Assembly (NCBI RefSeq): GCF_006345805.1 | Contig: NC_042998.1 | Location: 78,864,001-78,928,000, forward strand | Direction of reading: 5' to 3' | DNA from: Octopus sinensis | Taxonomy: Eukaryota | Length of the DNA stretch: 64,000 nucleotides | Notes under the pieces: model-generated | Told to the model about the DNA's origin: nothing | The model's input: the letters and a program-made list of their open reading frames with translations, nothing else | Databases searched by the model: none | Translations under genes and position numbers: made by a program | Shown here: in pieces, positions 11,408-26,142 of the stretch | Position numbering within the stretch: the stretch's first letter is position 1 | How the letters are laid out: every line of letters begins with the position of its first letter

Positions 11408-12144
11408 GGAGCTCACTTTGTAACACAAGTGAATTCAAATAGTCTCTCTATTGTTAGCATGGCAGTGCTTAATAATACACAACAAAAGAGTTAGTCAACA
11501 GACACAATCAGCAGTGTGATTGATAAAACGCTTTGTGGAATTTGGTTATAATTAGTTTTATATTTTGAGGTTTTTAGTTGTCTTTCATTCCATCATAGTC
11601 ACTGAAGAAATAAGTAGCAGTCATATGTTGGAGTCAGTTTAAACATCTATGCTCAATTACACCAAATTTGTTGGCTTTGCTGACTATGTTTATCATTCAG
11701 TGTAGTAAAGCATAGTTTTCACATGTGATTGTTGAAATTCTTATGTCTACAAAAATACCACCACAGGCCTAGTAAATATTTCAGGATATGCTGGCAGAGG
11801 AGGGTGAGTGGAGCAAGAGTAGGAGCAGGTGTGAATGTGATTAGTTCCATACCATTTTCATGCTTAATTAAGTGGTCATTTCTTAGATGACGAAAGAAAG
11901 AAAAAGAAAATCATGAAGTTAAAAATATTAAAAATAAAACATTGACCGTATTCAAATTTCTGCAATCACGAATTCTCTTCAATATGAGTCATATTGTTTA
12001 ATAGATAAAAAAAAAAATACAATTCTATTACAAAATTATTACATTAATAAAATTTTACTTTTATCATCATCATCATCATCATAGAAACTATTGCTGTTCT
12101 TGTTTTTATATTAACATTGTTATTTTCTGTCGTGGATGAGGCAT

Positions 12145-12175
<31 letters not shown>

Positions 12176-12431
12176 TATATATAAATATATCATCATCATC
12201 AATACCTGTCTTTCATATTGGCATGGGTCGAATAATTTGACAAGATTTGATGAGTTGAAGGACAATACACACACACACATGTAAAATAGCTATATTAGAT
12301 TTTATTTCTTTTACGATTGTTTATTTAAAGCTGCCACAAGTATTTGTGTGGGTCTCCTTACATGCACATCTCACATGCACTTATGGTGTGTAATGTGTAC
12401 TGCACCTATTGATTGTATAATACTCTTTATA

Positions 12432-12847
12432 GGCACAGAAGTGGCTGTGTGGTAAGTAGCTTGTTTACCAACCACATGGTTCCGAGTTCATTCCCACTGC
12501 GTGGCACCTTGGGCAAGTGTTTTCTACTATAGCCTTGGGCCTGCCAAAGCCTTGTGAGTGGATTTGGTAGGCGGAAACTGAAAGAAGCCCGTCATATATA
12601 AGTGTATATATATATATATATGTATATATATGTGTGTTTGTGTGTCTGTGTTTGTCCCCCCAACACTGCTTGACAACCGATGCTGGTGTGTTTATGTCCT
12701 TGTAACTTAGCGGTTCAGTAAAAGAGACTGATAGAATGAGTACTAGGCTTACAAAGAATAAGTCCTGGGGTCGATTTGCTCGACTAAAGGCGGTGCTCCA
12801 GCATGGCCACAGTTAAATGACTGAAACAAGTAAAAGAGTAAAGAGTA
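12432..12847 (+). mobile_element. tRNA-derived SINE family A, full length
   Basis: Head ggcacagaagtggctgtgtggtaagtagc (A-box-like) and gagttcattccc (B-box-like); (aaagagt) tail. Confidence 0.92.
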
Positions 12848-13701
12848 CATACATACCTGACTTTTACTGTTTCTTATTGTTGATGCTGTGGAGGCAATGA
12901 TAATAATATATACAGTTGTGGCAGTGGTGGTGGTGGTGGTAGCTGCTTACATTCACAATGACGGTAATAGGATAAATATGGTTATGATAGCAAGGTAGAG
13001 ATGATAGTGATGGTGGTGTTGGTGCTGATGTAGGTGATGGTTGCAGCAGCAGCAACAAACATGATGAGGACAGTTGTGATGACAGTGACGATATCTGAGA
13101 TGGTGATATTGCTGGTTTCTTGGGGTAATATGATTATAGACTGATGATGGCAGTGTTTAAAGATTCAATGGAGATGGTGAAAATGAAAGTACCCATGCTG
13201 GTGGTGATGATCATTGATTGCAAAAGTGCCTACAATAATAGTGGTTATAATGCTGCTGCTACTGATGATGATGATGAGTGGATATTATGAATGTCTGAAA
13301 TCAATGAGCTATATTTATATCACTTTTTGTTTAACCCCAGGTCAACTTTTATCAGGCAAACATACAATCATGTGATTATGAAACCAGCCTGTCTTATTTT
13401 AGATATGTATAATAAGTAGGTTCATTTTCAAATTAGATTTCAAGGAGATATTTCCAGTAGCCTGAATGACCACATAGGAGCTTCCTTTTAGTGCTTGGTG
13501 TTTTCCAGTTACTTGTTAGTATACCCCACCCTCATATATATTATTTATATATGTATGTGTGCAGGTGTGTATCTCAGAATAGGTAATTCATATCCCTGTG
13601 TCGCATGAGGCAACTAAAAGGGCATTCAGTTATAATAAACTAACTCCAAACAATATATCCAACCTATGTCAACATAGAAGAGCAGATATAAAATGATGAT
13701 G

Positions 13702-13760
<59 letters not shown>

Positions 13761-14075
13761 CATCATCATCATCATCACCAGCATCATAAAATATATATAT
13801 GTAAAATTTTAAATTATATTTCATATATATAGTTTCCACTTCATCCTGTATTTGTCTGTTATCCTTCTGTTCCTTATCCTTTAGGGTTTCTCTCTTAGCA
13901 TTACCCATACTTTTGTTTCTGTCTGGTCCTATTTATTTATTTATTTCATTTTTTATTCCTTGTTCATCCACTAACACTCTCATCTTGAATTACTTTTATC
14001 CATTTTCTTATGTCCATTTCCGTATTACTTGCTCATCCATTAATTCCTTGTACCTCTCGTTTTGTTATATTTATA

Positions 14076-14410
14076 CATCATCATTGTCGTTTAACGTCCG
14101 TTTTCCATGCTAGCATGGGTTGGACGGTTCGACCGGGGTCTGGGAAGCCAGGAGGCTGCACCAGGCTCCAGTCTGATCTGGCAGTGTTTCTACAGCTGGA
14201 TGCCCTTCCTAACACCAACTACACTGTGAGTGTAGTGGGTGCTTTTTACGTGCCAGGGGAGGCTGGCAACGGCCATGATCGGTTGGTGCCTTTTACGTGC
14301 CACCGGCATGGAAGCCAGTCAAGGTGGCGCTGGCATCAACCACGTATGGATGGTACTTTTTATGTGCCTCTGGCACATAAAGCCAGTCAAGGCGGCGCTG
14401 GCATCGGCCA
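14076..14410 (-). mobile_element. RTE-tail-like repeat family R (young copy)
   Basis: Highly similar to 55195-55480 in opposite orientation and to 61655-62069. Confidence 0.8.
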
Positions 14411-15080
14411 TATATATATATACATACATATTGGTGTTGTTGGATGCTTTCACTACTTTCATGAAAGAGTGTTCAGCAAGACTCAGCTGCTAAAATTAAC
14501 CATCACCCTATATCCACATGAATACAGGATCAACGCTGAAGTGGAAAGGAAATGAGGTTGATACTGGTGTCTTGGTTTGTGTAAAACCCTAAAATGAGCA
14601 GCTAAAATGCTGAATGGCCTCACCTATTCTAAGTCCATTGGAGTGTCTGTGAAAGACCTTCTTCCAGAGACAATTCCATACCCTGCTAATTAACCCATAT
14701 CTGGGGACCTGACAGGTGTTACAAACCTTGGTTAGGGTAGACCCAGGAACAGTAAGAAGTAGTTCCACACTCTTCAAAACATTGGAACTCCTGAACCAGA
14801 GCCCCATCGCTGGATGTAGCTCCTATGTATATGTAAATATGCATGTCTATTTGTATACATGCATAGATGGATGATGTGAAACTAGTACAGTCATTAGAGA
14901 TTTGAATACAATACCATGCAGTGTTATTTCTGGCTCTTTGCATTCTGAGTTTAAATCCTGTTTAACTGCATGTTGATGTTCATCTTTTTGAGAATCAATG
15001 AAGTAAGTGCTACATCACATGGTTGTAAAGCAAATTTGTTAACCACATAGTCATGTCTGTACTTATATATATATATATAT

Positions 15081-16300
15081 ATTGGGTTGGCAAGAATTTT
15101 ATTTATCACAGATAGGTAGAGTTACAATTTTTTTGAATGACTTTTGTCAGTGTTATGACTTTTCCTTTCGACATTTGACAGCCATTACTTTTAGCTTACT
15201 TTAGAAGCAAATTGCACATAATTTTGTTTAGAGCTGTCAATTTTAACATGGAGTGCAAAAACGAGCATTTTCACCATATTTTGCCTTTTTTATTTCTGTA
15301 AAGTAAGAAAGCTGCTAAGGTTCAGAATGAGATGTTTGAAGTTTATGGTGTTGATTGCTTAACAGAATGCACATGTCAGAAATGGTTTTAAAAACTCCAT
15401 TCTGGAGATTTTTCACTCAAAGATGACCAACGTTCTGGTCGACCTACTGAAGTTGATGATGACCAAATCAAAGCCATAATTGAATCTGATTGTCATATAA
15501 TTGTGCAAGAGATTGCTGAGAGGTTAAATGTATCACACACAACAATTGAAAATCACTTAAAATGTCTTGGACTTGTGAAGAAGCTCGATATTTGGGTTCC
15601 ACATAAATTGAGAGAGAGATTCATTTAACAATGAATCAATATTTGCTATATGCATCTCAAACGCAATGCAATCTACCTGTTTATTTTTTAATGAATCATC
15701 ACTGGTGATGAAAATGGGTTGTCTACAATAACACCAATCGAAAACAATCATGGTCCAAGCCTAATGAACCTGCACAAACCACATCAAAAGCTGAATTTCT
15801 TCAAAAAATGTCATGCTGTTAATTTGGTAGGATTACATCCAAGGAACTAAATCAGTTCATATGTTTACTGTCAACAACTAATGAAACTGGAGGAAGCAAT
15901 CAAAGAAAAATGGCCAGAATTGGCAAACCGTGTAGGAATTGTGTTCCACCATCTTTGCTAACTCATGAAAAACTGTTGGAGCTTGGTTGGGAAGTGATGT
16001 CACGTCCATCACATAGCCCTGGCCTTGCCCCATTATATTACCATTTATTTCAAAGTTTGCAAAATTCTCTGATTGGTAAAACTTTCAATAATGATGACAA
16101 ACCTGAAATTACACCTACTCCAGCTTTTGGTTGATACGGACCAGTAGTTCTATGAGCACGGAATCATGAGGTTACCAGAAAGATGGCAAAAGATCATCAA
16201 ACAAAATGGAAAATATAAATTGATTAAAGTTCATTCTTTGTATGAAAAAAAATGACTTTTATTTCACACTAAAAAACAGTGATTACTTTGCAAACAGGAA
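15081..16300 (+). mobile_element. Decayed mariner transposon (second lineage)
   Basis: TA|attgggttggcaa left TIR. Frames read KKLDIWVPHKL (~15580-15610), TGDE (~15705) and LLELGWEVMSRPSHSPGLAPLYYHLFQSLQN (ORF 15910-16134). The right TIR is degenerate (ttactttgcaaac). Confidence 0.9.
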
Positions 16301-16868
16301 AAATAGAACCCAAAATATGAGTATGTGTATATTTTTATTAATATTTAGCAGAAGCAACGAAGTAACTCAAGGGCCGAGAGTTTTGTGTTGGCACTTATCA
16401 AACTGTATATCAATCAGTCAAAATTTCCTTTGGTCAATGAAACTAAACAAGAGCAGTTGCTCTTGTTTATAGAATTTGGCAAACAAATTATTTGTTCATG
16501 TATGCTGTTGTCTGCCAGATTGATAATTATCATGTGTGCATAGAACAGTGAAAATCACAACAATGAAGTTCATATTCATTCTTAATATATTCCAGCAGAT
16601 TTGCACATGAATATGTTAATCACTGTTGTATTTCACCTTTGAAGAACACTTTATTTCAGGCGATATGTGTTGACAACACACATGATTCATTGATAATCAG
16701 CAATTAATTTGTTGGCTCATTTCTATAATTGATTTGATTAGAATCATGGATAAGGAGAAGCTTTGATTGAAGAGACACAAACTAGGCCAAAACAGCTGAT
16801 CTCAAAATCCCTTGACATCAATGAATTAGTGTGTGTATATGCGCACATGTGTGTGTGTGCATATATAT

Positions 16869-16918
<50 letters not shown>

Positions 16919-18050
16919 CGTTTGTGTTAAAAAAAAAACAGCTAATAGTGAAGGATAATCAATCTGGGCAAAATACTTCATTAGCTGTCTGTTGACATAC
17001 CAGGTTAACAATATCGTTTAGATTAATGAAGAACTACAAGTATTCTTGTGGCAGGGTCCTAGATCATAGTTCATCATAATTTTATTTTGTAAATCCATGG
17101 TTGGGCTCCAGACAAACTGGCTTTTACACAGATTGATATATAAAACAAGGTGTAAATAATGGTCACTATATTTTTTCTTTATTAGAGCAAATATTATTCT
17201 AGTACAGGAAAAGTAGGTAATGACCATATTTTATACCTTGTCTTATATATTTGTGTGTGTGTATATATATATGTGTGTGTGTGTTAACAGTTTGATACAT
17301 CTCAATATGACTTAAAGTTTTGTGTACACAGGACACATCCATCTCATCAAATACCAGAAGAGGGAGTGATTTGAAGCAAATTCAAGATAGCTTTTAAGAT
17401 GTTAGGCCTCTACTGGTCAGCTCAGGTCACTTGGTGTTAATGCTGTGGAAGTAACAGCAGCTATTTTCTTCATTCTTAGGCCCATGTGCTGAGATAGGAT
17501 GTTGACAGGATGCTGTCACCACATTGGTGACAGACTGTAGTATAACATATTTAATGACATTGGTTCATTGCCAACTCTGTCTCCAGGAGAGATTTCACAT
17601 ACTCTACCAAACTACATTATCTATCAACAGGAAGAATGAATTTTAAGCCACTGGTAGCTGACAATCCAGATATACCACCCTAGGCATAGCATTTCCACAG
17701 AACACACAATGTCAATGTATTCATTCCCTATTGCCCATATACACTATAGCCCTATTTATACATATGTGTTTGTGTTTGTGTGTGTGTACACGTGTGTTTC
17801 TGTATTTGTTTGTGTGTGTGCACTGTATGAAAGTTGCAATCTGAGTGCAAATGTTGGTTTTTGTCACTTCTCTCAGTGTATTTTCTGCTCACTTCACATC
17901 TTTAAAGATATGTGAAGTAAACGAGCTTTTATTTGAAAAACAGCTAAGATTTATGACAGGAAGAGCATCCAGTTGTTAACAATGATTCAATGGCATATTC
18001 ATTCAAACGAGGTTAGCAAGGCAAAGCAAACACAAATGAATGAACAGTGT

Positions 18051-18085
<35 letters not shown>

Positions 18086-19989
18086 AAGATGAAATAAAAA
18101 GTTTCTTTGGTTTGTATGCCATTGGGAGAAGATTTTCCATTGGAAACTCTTTTGCCAATGGCATATGAACTTATGTAACTTTTTACTTAACCAGTAAATA
18201 CCAGTTTCTGCCAACATAGACTGCTTCTTGTCCCCCTGGATTCTACTTCTTTTTACTTGTATTTATACATGCACACATATACATACACACTCACATACAT
18301 AAAACATACATACATACAGACAGACAGACAGACACAAACAGACGGACAGACAGACAAATTTTTGTGTATATGTTTTGTAATTCTGTGTATATTTTTAGTC
18401 ACCTATATAATGATTAGTTCAAAGTTACAGCAAAAGGTGAGAAATACAAATTCTTGTTATAGACATGATTTACATAAGTCCATTTGTATTATAACTTCTG
18501 TTTAACAATGCCATATATATTCATAATAAATTTGGTACAATTTTTAGCAATTTGCATACGATGAGAGTCTAACTTTAAGAAATGTTAATTTTGCCAAAAA
18601 ATTAATCAAATACAAGAAAATGTAAATTTATGTGAGTTAATTTCTGTTTGACAAATATAAATACAAAAGAAAAAGTACAAGTCAGCAAATTTTCAATATG
18701 AATATTGTATAATTCAAAATTAACAAATAACATACAAAATAAAGTAAGCTTCAAGTATTTATAAAGCGGAATGAAAATCATTAACTGAATACAAAAGCAA
18801 AACAAAATAATAAAAATAAAATAATTATTTGTCGGCCTGGTTAGAAACTATGACAGTAGTTAGTCAATAAATTAGTCAATTAATATGTAAATAAATTCTA
18901 AAACTACTTATTGATATTGTGTGTTTGAGAAATTTAGATTGAGAAAATTTCATGATTACTCTTTATACCACAAAGATGACACTGATTCATTAACTGATTC
19001 TGTATCTGTTAAATGATGTAATGGTAACATTTTGGAAATGAAATTCTCTGATGTTTCTACACAAAAGAAGACAGAATTATTCTTAAGTGACTGGTAAAGG
19101 ATGAGTGCTATTATTAAAAATTTCTGGCCAGAAAGTAAAGTAAGTACCTGAATTCCAAAAGGGTGAAAAAAAAGAAAAAATCTGTATGTTCCTTGATCAG
19201 CCCTTTATTCTGTCAAACACAAAAATGACCAAGTAAGTTGTCTTATAAAGGTTATGCATACAACATAGGATATCATAACAAGGAAGATGAGGATTGTAAA
19301 ACAAGCATATAGTCTTCTGAAGCAAATTGATGAATCAATCATTAAAATTATCATGATTTAAAATACTAGCTACAGTTATATTGAATAACTTACAGTCTGT
19401 TTAACCAGCTCTTCTTTGTAAGACAGCAAGTTTAATGGTTATAATATATTAATAAGCAGGAATGGGCAGAAGAAGCATCATGGAACATAACATATAAGCT
19501 GCTGAGAAAGCATCAAGAAGGCTCTGAATAAAAGGCAGTAATTAGTAAGGTTAATAGAATGCTACTTGGACACAGGCCGAGGCTTGTTCAGCCTAAGTCT
19601 GTTAACATGGATGAAGGTATACGTTCTAAAACCCAAAACACCCAATGACCCAATGTGTATTCAAGTATTGCATCTGTGTGTATACATGTTGAACTGCTTA
19701 ATGTATTTTTTATGTTGTTTCAAAATAATAATAACATAACACTGAATATTTTGAGTAAGTCATAGCACATTACATCTGCAACCAGTTACAAGTATAAATC
19801 TGCTAGCCTCCCGGTAAAATTGTAGTACTACATGTTTTCTCGGAAGTAGTATAGAGCAACCAGTAAACACTATATTGTACGCAGATACACATCTGGCAAA
19901 TTTTAACAATATAAAACGATATGGAATTTCATACAGTGTGTTTACTAAACAAACACATCAAAAAGGTAAAGTTCATATATATATAGATA

Positions 19990-20290
19990 TATAAAATACA
20001 AAATGGGACAAAAACGCAAAACATCCGAACAACTAGGTGATACAAAAAAGGACAACAAAACATCCAGATAGACGATCCAAAGAAAACAAGGACAGGTCAT
20101 TCAAAGCCCTCTATCCTCAGTCAAGAACCAGATTATCCTCACAATTTCGGCTGATTATTCTTGAGATTGCTCTAATCTGGCCAACCCCAAGGAAAAGCTA
20201 AGCTAAGAGCATTAGATTCTTTGGAAGAAAGCAGCAAATGTATACAAAAACAAGGACAGAAAAAAATGGACAAAGTTACACAAATATAAA
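19990..20290 (-). repeat. Interspersed repeat resembling a Penelope terminal region
   Basis: A-rich + strand, microsatellite flanks, and a minus-strand ccagat...cgaaa...ata-atctgg arrangement. The family assignment is inferred. Confidence 0.35.
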
Positions 20291-23200
20291 TACAATAATA
20301 AATATAATAATAATAATAACAGGACATATATGCTTGTAAAAGCATATATACTCCCACCTAATGACAGAGTTAATTAGCTATTGAACCTAATCATGGAGTT
20401 ATCGTTCTCAGTTTGTATTCTATATTTGGGGTTAGACAGACAGGGGTGCATACATATACAAACACACGTTCATATACATACATAGAAAATACACAAACAC
20501 AGACATGCAAGCACATGAATATGCAGGAAACATACATACAGATACACACACATACATACATATACATACATATGCATACACACACATATATACATACATA
20601 CACATACATACATACACACATACGTACATGCATGCATAGGCACACACACACACACACACACACAGACTGACCCACTCACATGTGCACAAACAAACAAAAA
20701 GGAACACAATGTAAATAACAGACAGTCAAGACTATTGAAAAGGTTGCAAGATGCAATGAAAAATTTAAGAAAATAAAAATAAGGAATAAGTGGAAATTTT
20801 ACTAGTGAGTGTGTTAAATAATAAGGCACAAAAGGAAAATGACTCTCCCCAGACAACAGAATAAATTATAAATCAACTAGACTAAATATCTCTATCTCTC
20901 ATGCATATCAATATTATAAATTGTTAAATATACTTTTATATAATGAAATTCTTGGTACATCCATTGCATGGTGTTGCATATAATCTGAATTTTGGCAAAA
21001 TTGTCAGAACTATATCTGAAACTGTATAATATATAGTTCATTATTAAGCTGCCCTAAGCTGCTTTATTTCTAGCAAAAGAAGTGACTTCAGTGAAATTTC
21101 TGTCATTGATAAATTAGATCAAAACGGAAGTGGATGCTTAAAAATTTCTCCCTAAACTGCTATGAACATATCTATTCTTTCTTTTGTTTCTTTGACAGAA
21201 TACATATATTCAGGAAATTCAGTTAAGACTAAGAATATTACCGTTTTGATAGCTTACTAATTTCAACAAATCTCTGTTTGTGTGTATCTGTTAACTGTTT
21301 TGCTTGAAACGTTATATTTTTTATGGTTTTGTTTTTCCACCACTTGTGTGTAATAACATCAAAATATATATATAAACCTTTTGAGTTAATCACACATTAT
21401 TGCAAGCTATAATTTTGAAAGGTTTTTCTTTTTATATTTTATTTTAAAATCGCGATACAACACCATATTGATACTAGACAGAGATATGTTAATGCACATA
21501 GACATAAACATGCATCCTCTCTGTCACTCTGTATATAAACAGCAAAAGGTTTTTCGGTGGACAAATAGACAGAGAGTGAGAGAGAGCTTTCTCTTTTGAA
21601 TTAGGGAAAGTGCAGTTGCAAACTAATTTCAAGAATATAGACATAAACAACTGGTAGGTTTAGAAATGGAATCTCTCTATCAAAAACTTTAAGGTTAATC
21701 ATTAAAAACACATAACCTTATCAACCTTCCTTGATAAAATTACTTTTTGTCAATCTCTTTTATTACTTCTCATTGTATCAAGTCTTCATTTATTTTTAGT
21801 TTTTGATTTAATCAACATTATTTTTTCTTCAAATATTTATTTTATTTATAGATTATATTTTGTAATGATAAAATATGATTTGAATATTTTTATATTTTTA
21901 GTTTTGTTATCATTTATTTCTTGCCTTCCAATATTATGATAGCTGAAGGACATTATCATAGAGAGTGAGTAATGGAGTTCATTCAATTATGTTGTCCCTT
22001 ATACATTACTTGCACTTATTTTACCAACTCTAAAGGTATGAAAGGCAATGATTGTCTGACCTAGTAATATCTAAGTTCAGAATGTAAAGGAACCTAACTA
22101 AATACTACAAAGCATTTAAGGTAAAATCTATCTCAGTGGGATCTGAAGTCAGAAAGTAAAAAGATGTAAGTCAATGCCAAAAGGCATTTTGTCCCATCCT
22201 CTACCAATTCTGTCAATCTACAACCACAGTATCAGATACAGCTGTGAATCAAAAAAGTAAAAATTGTGTTCAGTCCATTGTAATAATAACTTGTTTGGTT
22301 TTTGGATATTTTTTCATATTTCTCTGTGCTTTATTTGTAAAAACGTAAATTATGAGATAATTCCTCAAATTTTAACTGAAAGTTCGCTTTCAGAAAGAAA
22401 TTTTTTATAGAAAATACTTTTAGAAAAAAGATAATTTCATGAAAATATTTTTTTAAAAATCTATTACTGAATTACAAACAATTACTGCTATGCAGTTGCA
22501 CAACCTACTAATATAATCTCATTCAAACCACACACTATTGTTTAAAAATTAGAAAAAAAAAGGAGACACATTTGATAATGTAGTCATAAATACACTGTAT
22601 GAAAAATGAGTTAGGTTGGTTATGACTGGAATGTCTTTCATCATAAGTCTGTTAGATTAAAGCTAACCGGTGCTTGTTTTTAGTTTCAATAGATTTTAAC
22701 CCTTCCTTGCAAAATGACATGGCTAAAATATCAGTCCACCATTTTGGAGCTAGAAAGAAGACAGAAGTCAAACTTACTTTATTTAAAAATAAACACACAT
22801 ACATGGATGTGCGTAGATATACATGTTTATAGATACACACACACAAGCACTGGGAATAGGCATAACTGTCTAGGTTTTGACAAAATAGAACTGAACTACA
22901 GTGAAATAATTTACATGCTCAAACAATTACCCAATTGGTCAGAGCAGAGTGTATGCACACACATGCCTTGCCCGCCACCACCAACACATACGTAGCAGTG
23001 TACCGATGATTAAATGCTAATTATTTCCATTTATTTAGCCAATTATGATTCAAACTTCATATGAATAGAAAAGGAATTTTCAACTTTTTTCAATAGAAGT
23101 TTAAATTTAGCCTAATGCAATTTTTGACAGAATTGACAACAATAAATAAAAAGAAAGAAAAAACATAATTGAACATATTTAAGGCATGTAATTTTTCTCA

Positions 23201-23329
23201 ACAAGATGGAATGTGTTCATTAATGACAAAGAATGAAATCATATGACATACTTGGGTAGGTACCCAGAATTTCTTAAAACAGAATTATTACAACAAGGTA
23301 TTGAATCTTTTATAAGTTTGACGAACTCA

Positions 23330-23720
23330 TTATCTGGAACTTCATTCTATGTGTTGCCTGCATAATATTTCAGTTCATTCAGTTTCTTTATTGCATATTT
23401 GTGTTGACTTATGTCCAGAGATTGTACTGGCCACAGTAGCACTAGAATTTTATTACTTTTCATGAATTGCTTGGTTATTCCTCTGGTATACTTTAAGTTG
23501 TCATGCTTAAACATCCATGACTAACCCAAATGGTTCTTGGTAAATGGGAGCGTAATCTTCTTCAGATTGGCTGTACTGTTCATAATAGTCTGTTGCAGCC
23601 TCAAACCATGATATCATGACCAATCTTTTAATACTGGAAACATGCACTTTCAATGAAATTCTTCTCCTGTCCAATGCCAGTCATATACTCAACTCTCAGA
23701 GCTGAACAATTTAGACTTCA
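23330..23720 (-). pseudogene. Tc1-type DD34E transposase remnant
   Basis: Minus frames read YDWHWTGEEFH*KC, HDIMV*GC (GGSIMVWGC), WMFKHDN (FQQDN) and KILVLLWPVQSLDI (WPAQSPDL), in the correct order. Confidence 0.75.
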
Positions 23721-24470
23721 GAAGTTTGTCTTAGATATAGTATAATATTGAAAATTAAAGACTGTTTTATTTATTGTTTTTTTTGTTTGTTTTTTTTTTC
23801 GAAACTGTTCTTAAAATTAAATGATATTCATTTTTGTGGCTTTATTATTACTGTCAATAATTACATTAAGCTAATTAAAATTTCCATGTTTAAATTTACA
23901 TCATTTCAATGTAAAAGACATTCTCTTTCTATTTACATGTGTAGTTCAAATCATAAGTGATTAAACAAACAGAAACAAAGTGGCAGCATCATCCAAGCGT
24001 TCATCCATTCATCTGCACATGCATGCATACATACTCGCATGCACATGCATGTATTTCATTAGTCATTTCAATAGTGAGTTTCCTTGCCGATCAGTTTTGT
24101 TGAAGTATTAGGAATGTTTCCAACCTAAAATATATCGTTAATTAAATCCATTTTAACTCTTCTCCTTCAGTTCTTTTATCAGCTAAACTGAATTTTTTAT
24201 TTTATTTTTGTTATTTTATTTTATTTCCCATTTTTGCAAATGAAATCAATGCTATTATTATTATTATTATTATACTGTCATTGTTATAGGATCTCTGAGT
24301 GAAAAAGGATAAGATGGATGGTTTATATCACCACAAGTACTCTAGCTACTACCTAGTTCAGTGGTATCTGATTATTGTCAGGGTTAACATACCATTTTTT
24401 GTTGAAAATTCTCAAAATATATGTTGTTTTTTTGCTCCTCAACTCCTGGAAAATGTTTTCTTGCCTTGTC

Positions 24471-24511
<41 letters not shown>

Positions 24512-25047
24512 ATAAACTGTTATAAGTAAAATTATGTGCCCTTATCCAGATATAAACAGTTGATCTTACTACAACAATGACCACCACCACTGACTATAAC
24601 TGTAAGTTTTGAACTTATGACCATGTTCTCAGAAGTATTCCAGCAACTTAATCATACAGTCACTTGTGGCTTCTACCTAATACACTCAACTTGCTAGAGA
24701 TAGCAGCCAAATTTCCCTTATGCCATCTTAAGAAAAAGTGGGACTTGTATAATGTGGTTCTCTATATTTTGTGTGCAAGAAAAAGAAATTGACAAAATAG
24801 CATGGCTAAAATATACTGCTGTAGACCAACTCAGTCAGGGTTTACCTAGGGCTAAACAAAACACTGTTAAAGCTTCAGCTGTGCAGTTTTAAAAGCATGA
24901 AAAAAATGATTAGACTAGACGTAGTTCAGCTCTTAAATCTCTAGCCATTTACATTTTATTGAATATTATTATTTTTGAATAAGAGACAAATCATAGATTC
25001 GATTCTCCCCCATCTGCCACTTAATGCTTATGCAGCATAACAGCACA

Positions 25048-25111
<64 letters not shown>

Positions 25112-26066
25112 CTCTCTCTCCTCATAACATTCAGCATCATTGCTACAAACAATAACAACAATAATACCGCTACCATCAACATTGCCACCATCATATTTCT
25201 CCTCTCCCCATTCTCAGGTTGGAATTCCTTCTTTATCTAGATTAAATCTTTTATGATGCTGCTGGTTTTTGTTTTCTTTTAAAGTTTCTGAATTTAATTT
25301 CCCCAGAGATTTCCATGTCCATGGGAGCAGGAGCATCAGAGACAATGAAGGCAATGGTGGCAGTGATGGTGGTGGTGATGGTGATGGTAATGGTGGTGGT
25401 GCTAATAGCGGTATGGCTAGGGAAGGTGCATGCACAAATCATCATCGTAACTACCATTGTCATCTCAAACCTAAATAATGTCATCAACATCATCAAGCAA
25501 ACAAAATGCATAAATCCTTCTCTTTCAATTTATTTTAAATTAAATGGCAATAAAACCAACATTATTAACAAAAACAATAGATTCAAAAAGTAAACATCAA
25601 CCTCTGTGATCTAAAGAAGCATTAATAATATAACAGTAATTTTAAAATGAACGTCAACAATTTTTGAACAAACAGCAGTAACAATAACATTTTCACAATA
25701 CCTGTGTTTAAAATAAATAATGCAAGCAACAAAGGCAACATCAAAAAAACAACATTTTAATCATATCACTAGCTACTTTAAAATAAATAAAATTACAATA
25801 GACTCTAGTTTTGTAAGAAAAGGGAAAGAGAATATTGAAAATCTTCTGAAAACCCAGATTGAACCCTGCAATTAACACAGACAGACTAGAGTCTTAAATT
25901 ATTCCTACAAAAATCCCATTAAAACACCTGTCCCTTGATTCTAATATCATGGCTACAGTCAACACGAACACCACCTCTTCTACAACAACCAATCATCATC
26001 ACTGCAATCACCTTAGCTCTGCCATAAATTTACATTGAAAATTATCCACCCTACAGCCACCACCAG

Positions 26067-26120
<54 letters not shown>

Positions 26121-26142
26121 CATTATTATTATTATTATCAAT

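Noticed and set aside
14010-14555. 181-aa ORF, and related ORFs at 55190-55642, 61703-62089 and 6276-6701
   Set aside because: Open frames through GC-richer family R repeats, without consistent start or stop between copies.
16760-16800. tgattgaagag...caaaacagctg, a possible hammerhead relic near an RRYV(D)-like RT fragment at ~16655-16680
   Set aside because: Too degraded, with both core halves altered, to call from sequence alone.
18955-19150. 63-codon open minus frame and a + strand donor after MSAIIKNFWPESK
   Set aside because: No recognisable homology, stops in the + frame, and adjacent sequence looks like decayed retroelement. Insufficient support.
21199-21260. Strong + acceptor followed by EYIYSGNSVK (BTB-like YIYSG)
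   Set aside because: The frame stops after about 20 codons and there is no other BTB sequence nearby.
23507-23701. Apparent terminal coding exon on - strand (IKRLVMISWFEAATDYYEQYSQSEEDYAPIYQEPFGLVMDV*) with good acceptors and downstream AATAAA
   Set aside because: The other frames carry ordered Tc1 transposase motifs (IMV*GC, FKHDN, WPVQSLD), so this is an off-frame reading of a transposon remnant.
25200-25480. ORFs with Pro/Ser or Val/Met runs, also 12864-13058 and 53809-54124
   Set aside because: Derived from GGT/GAT/CAT trinucleotide low-complexity tracts.
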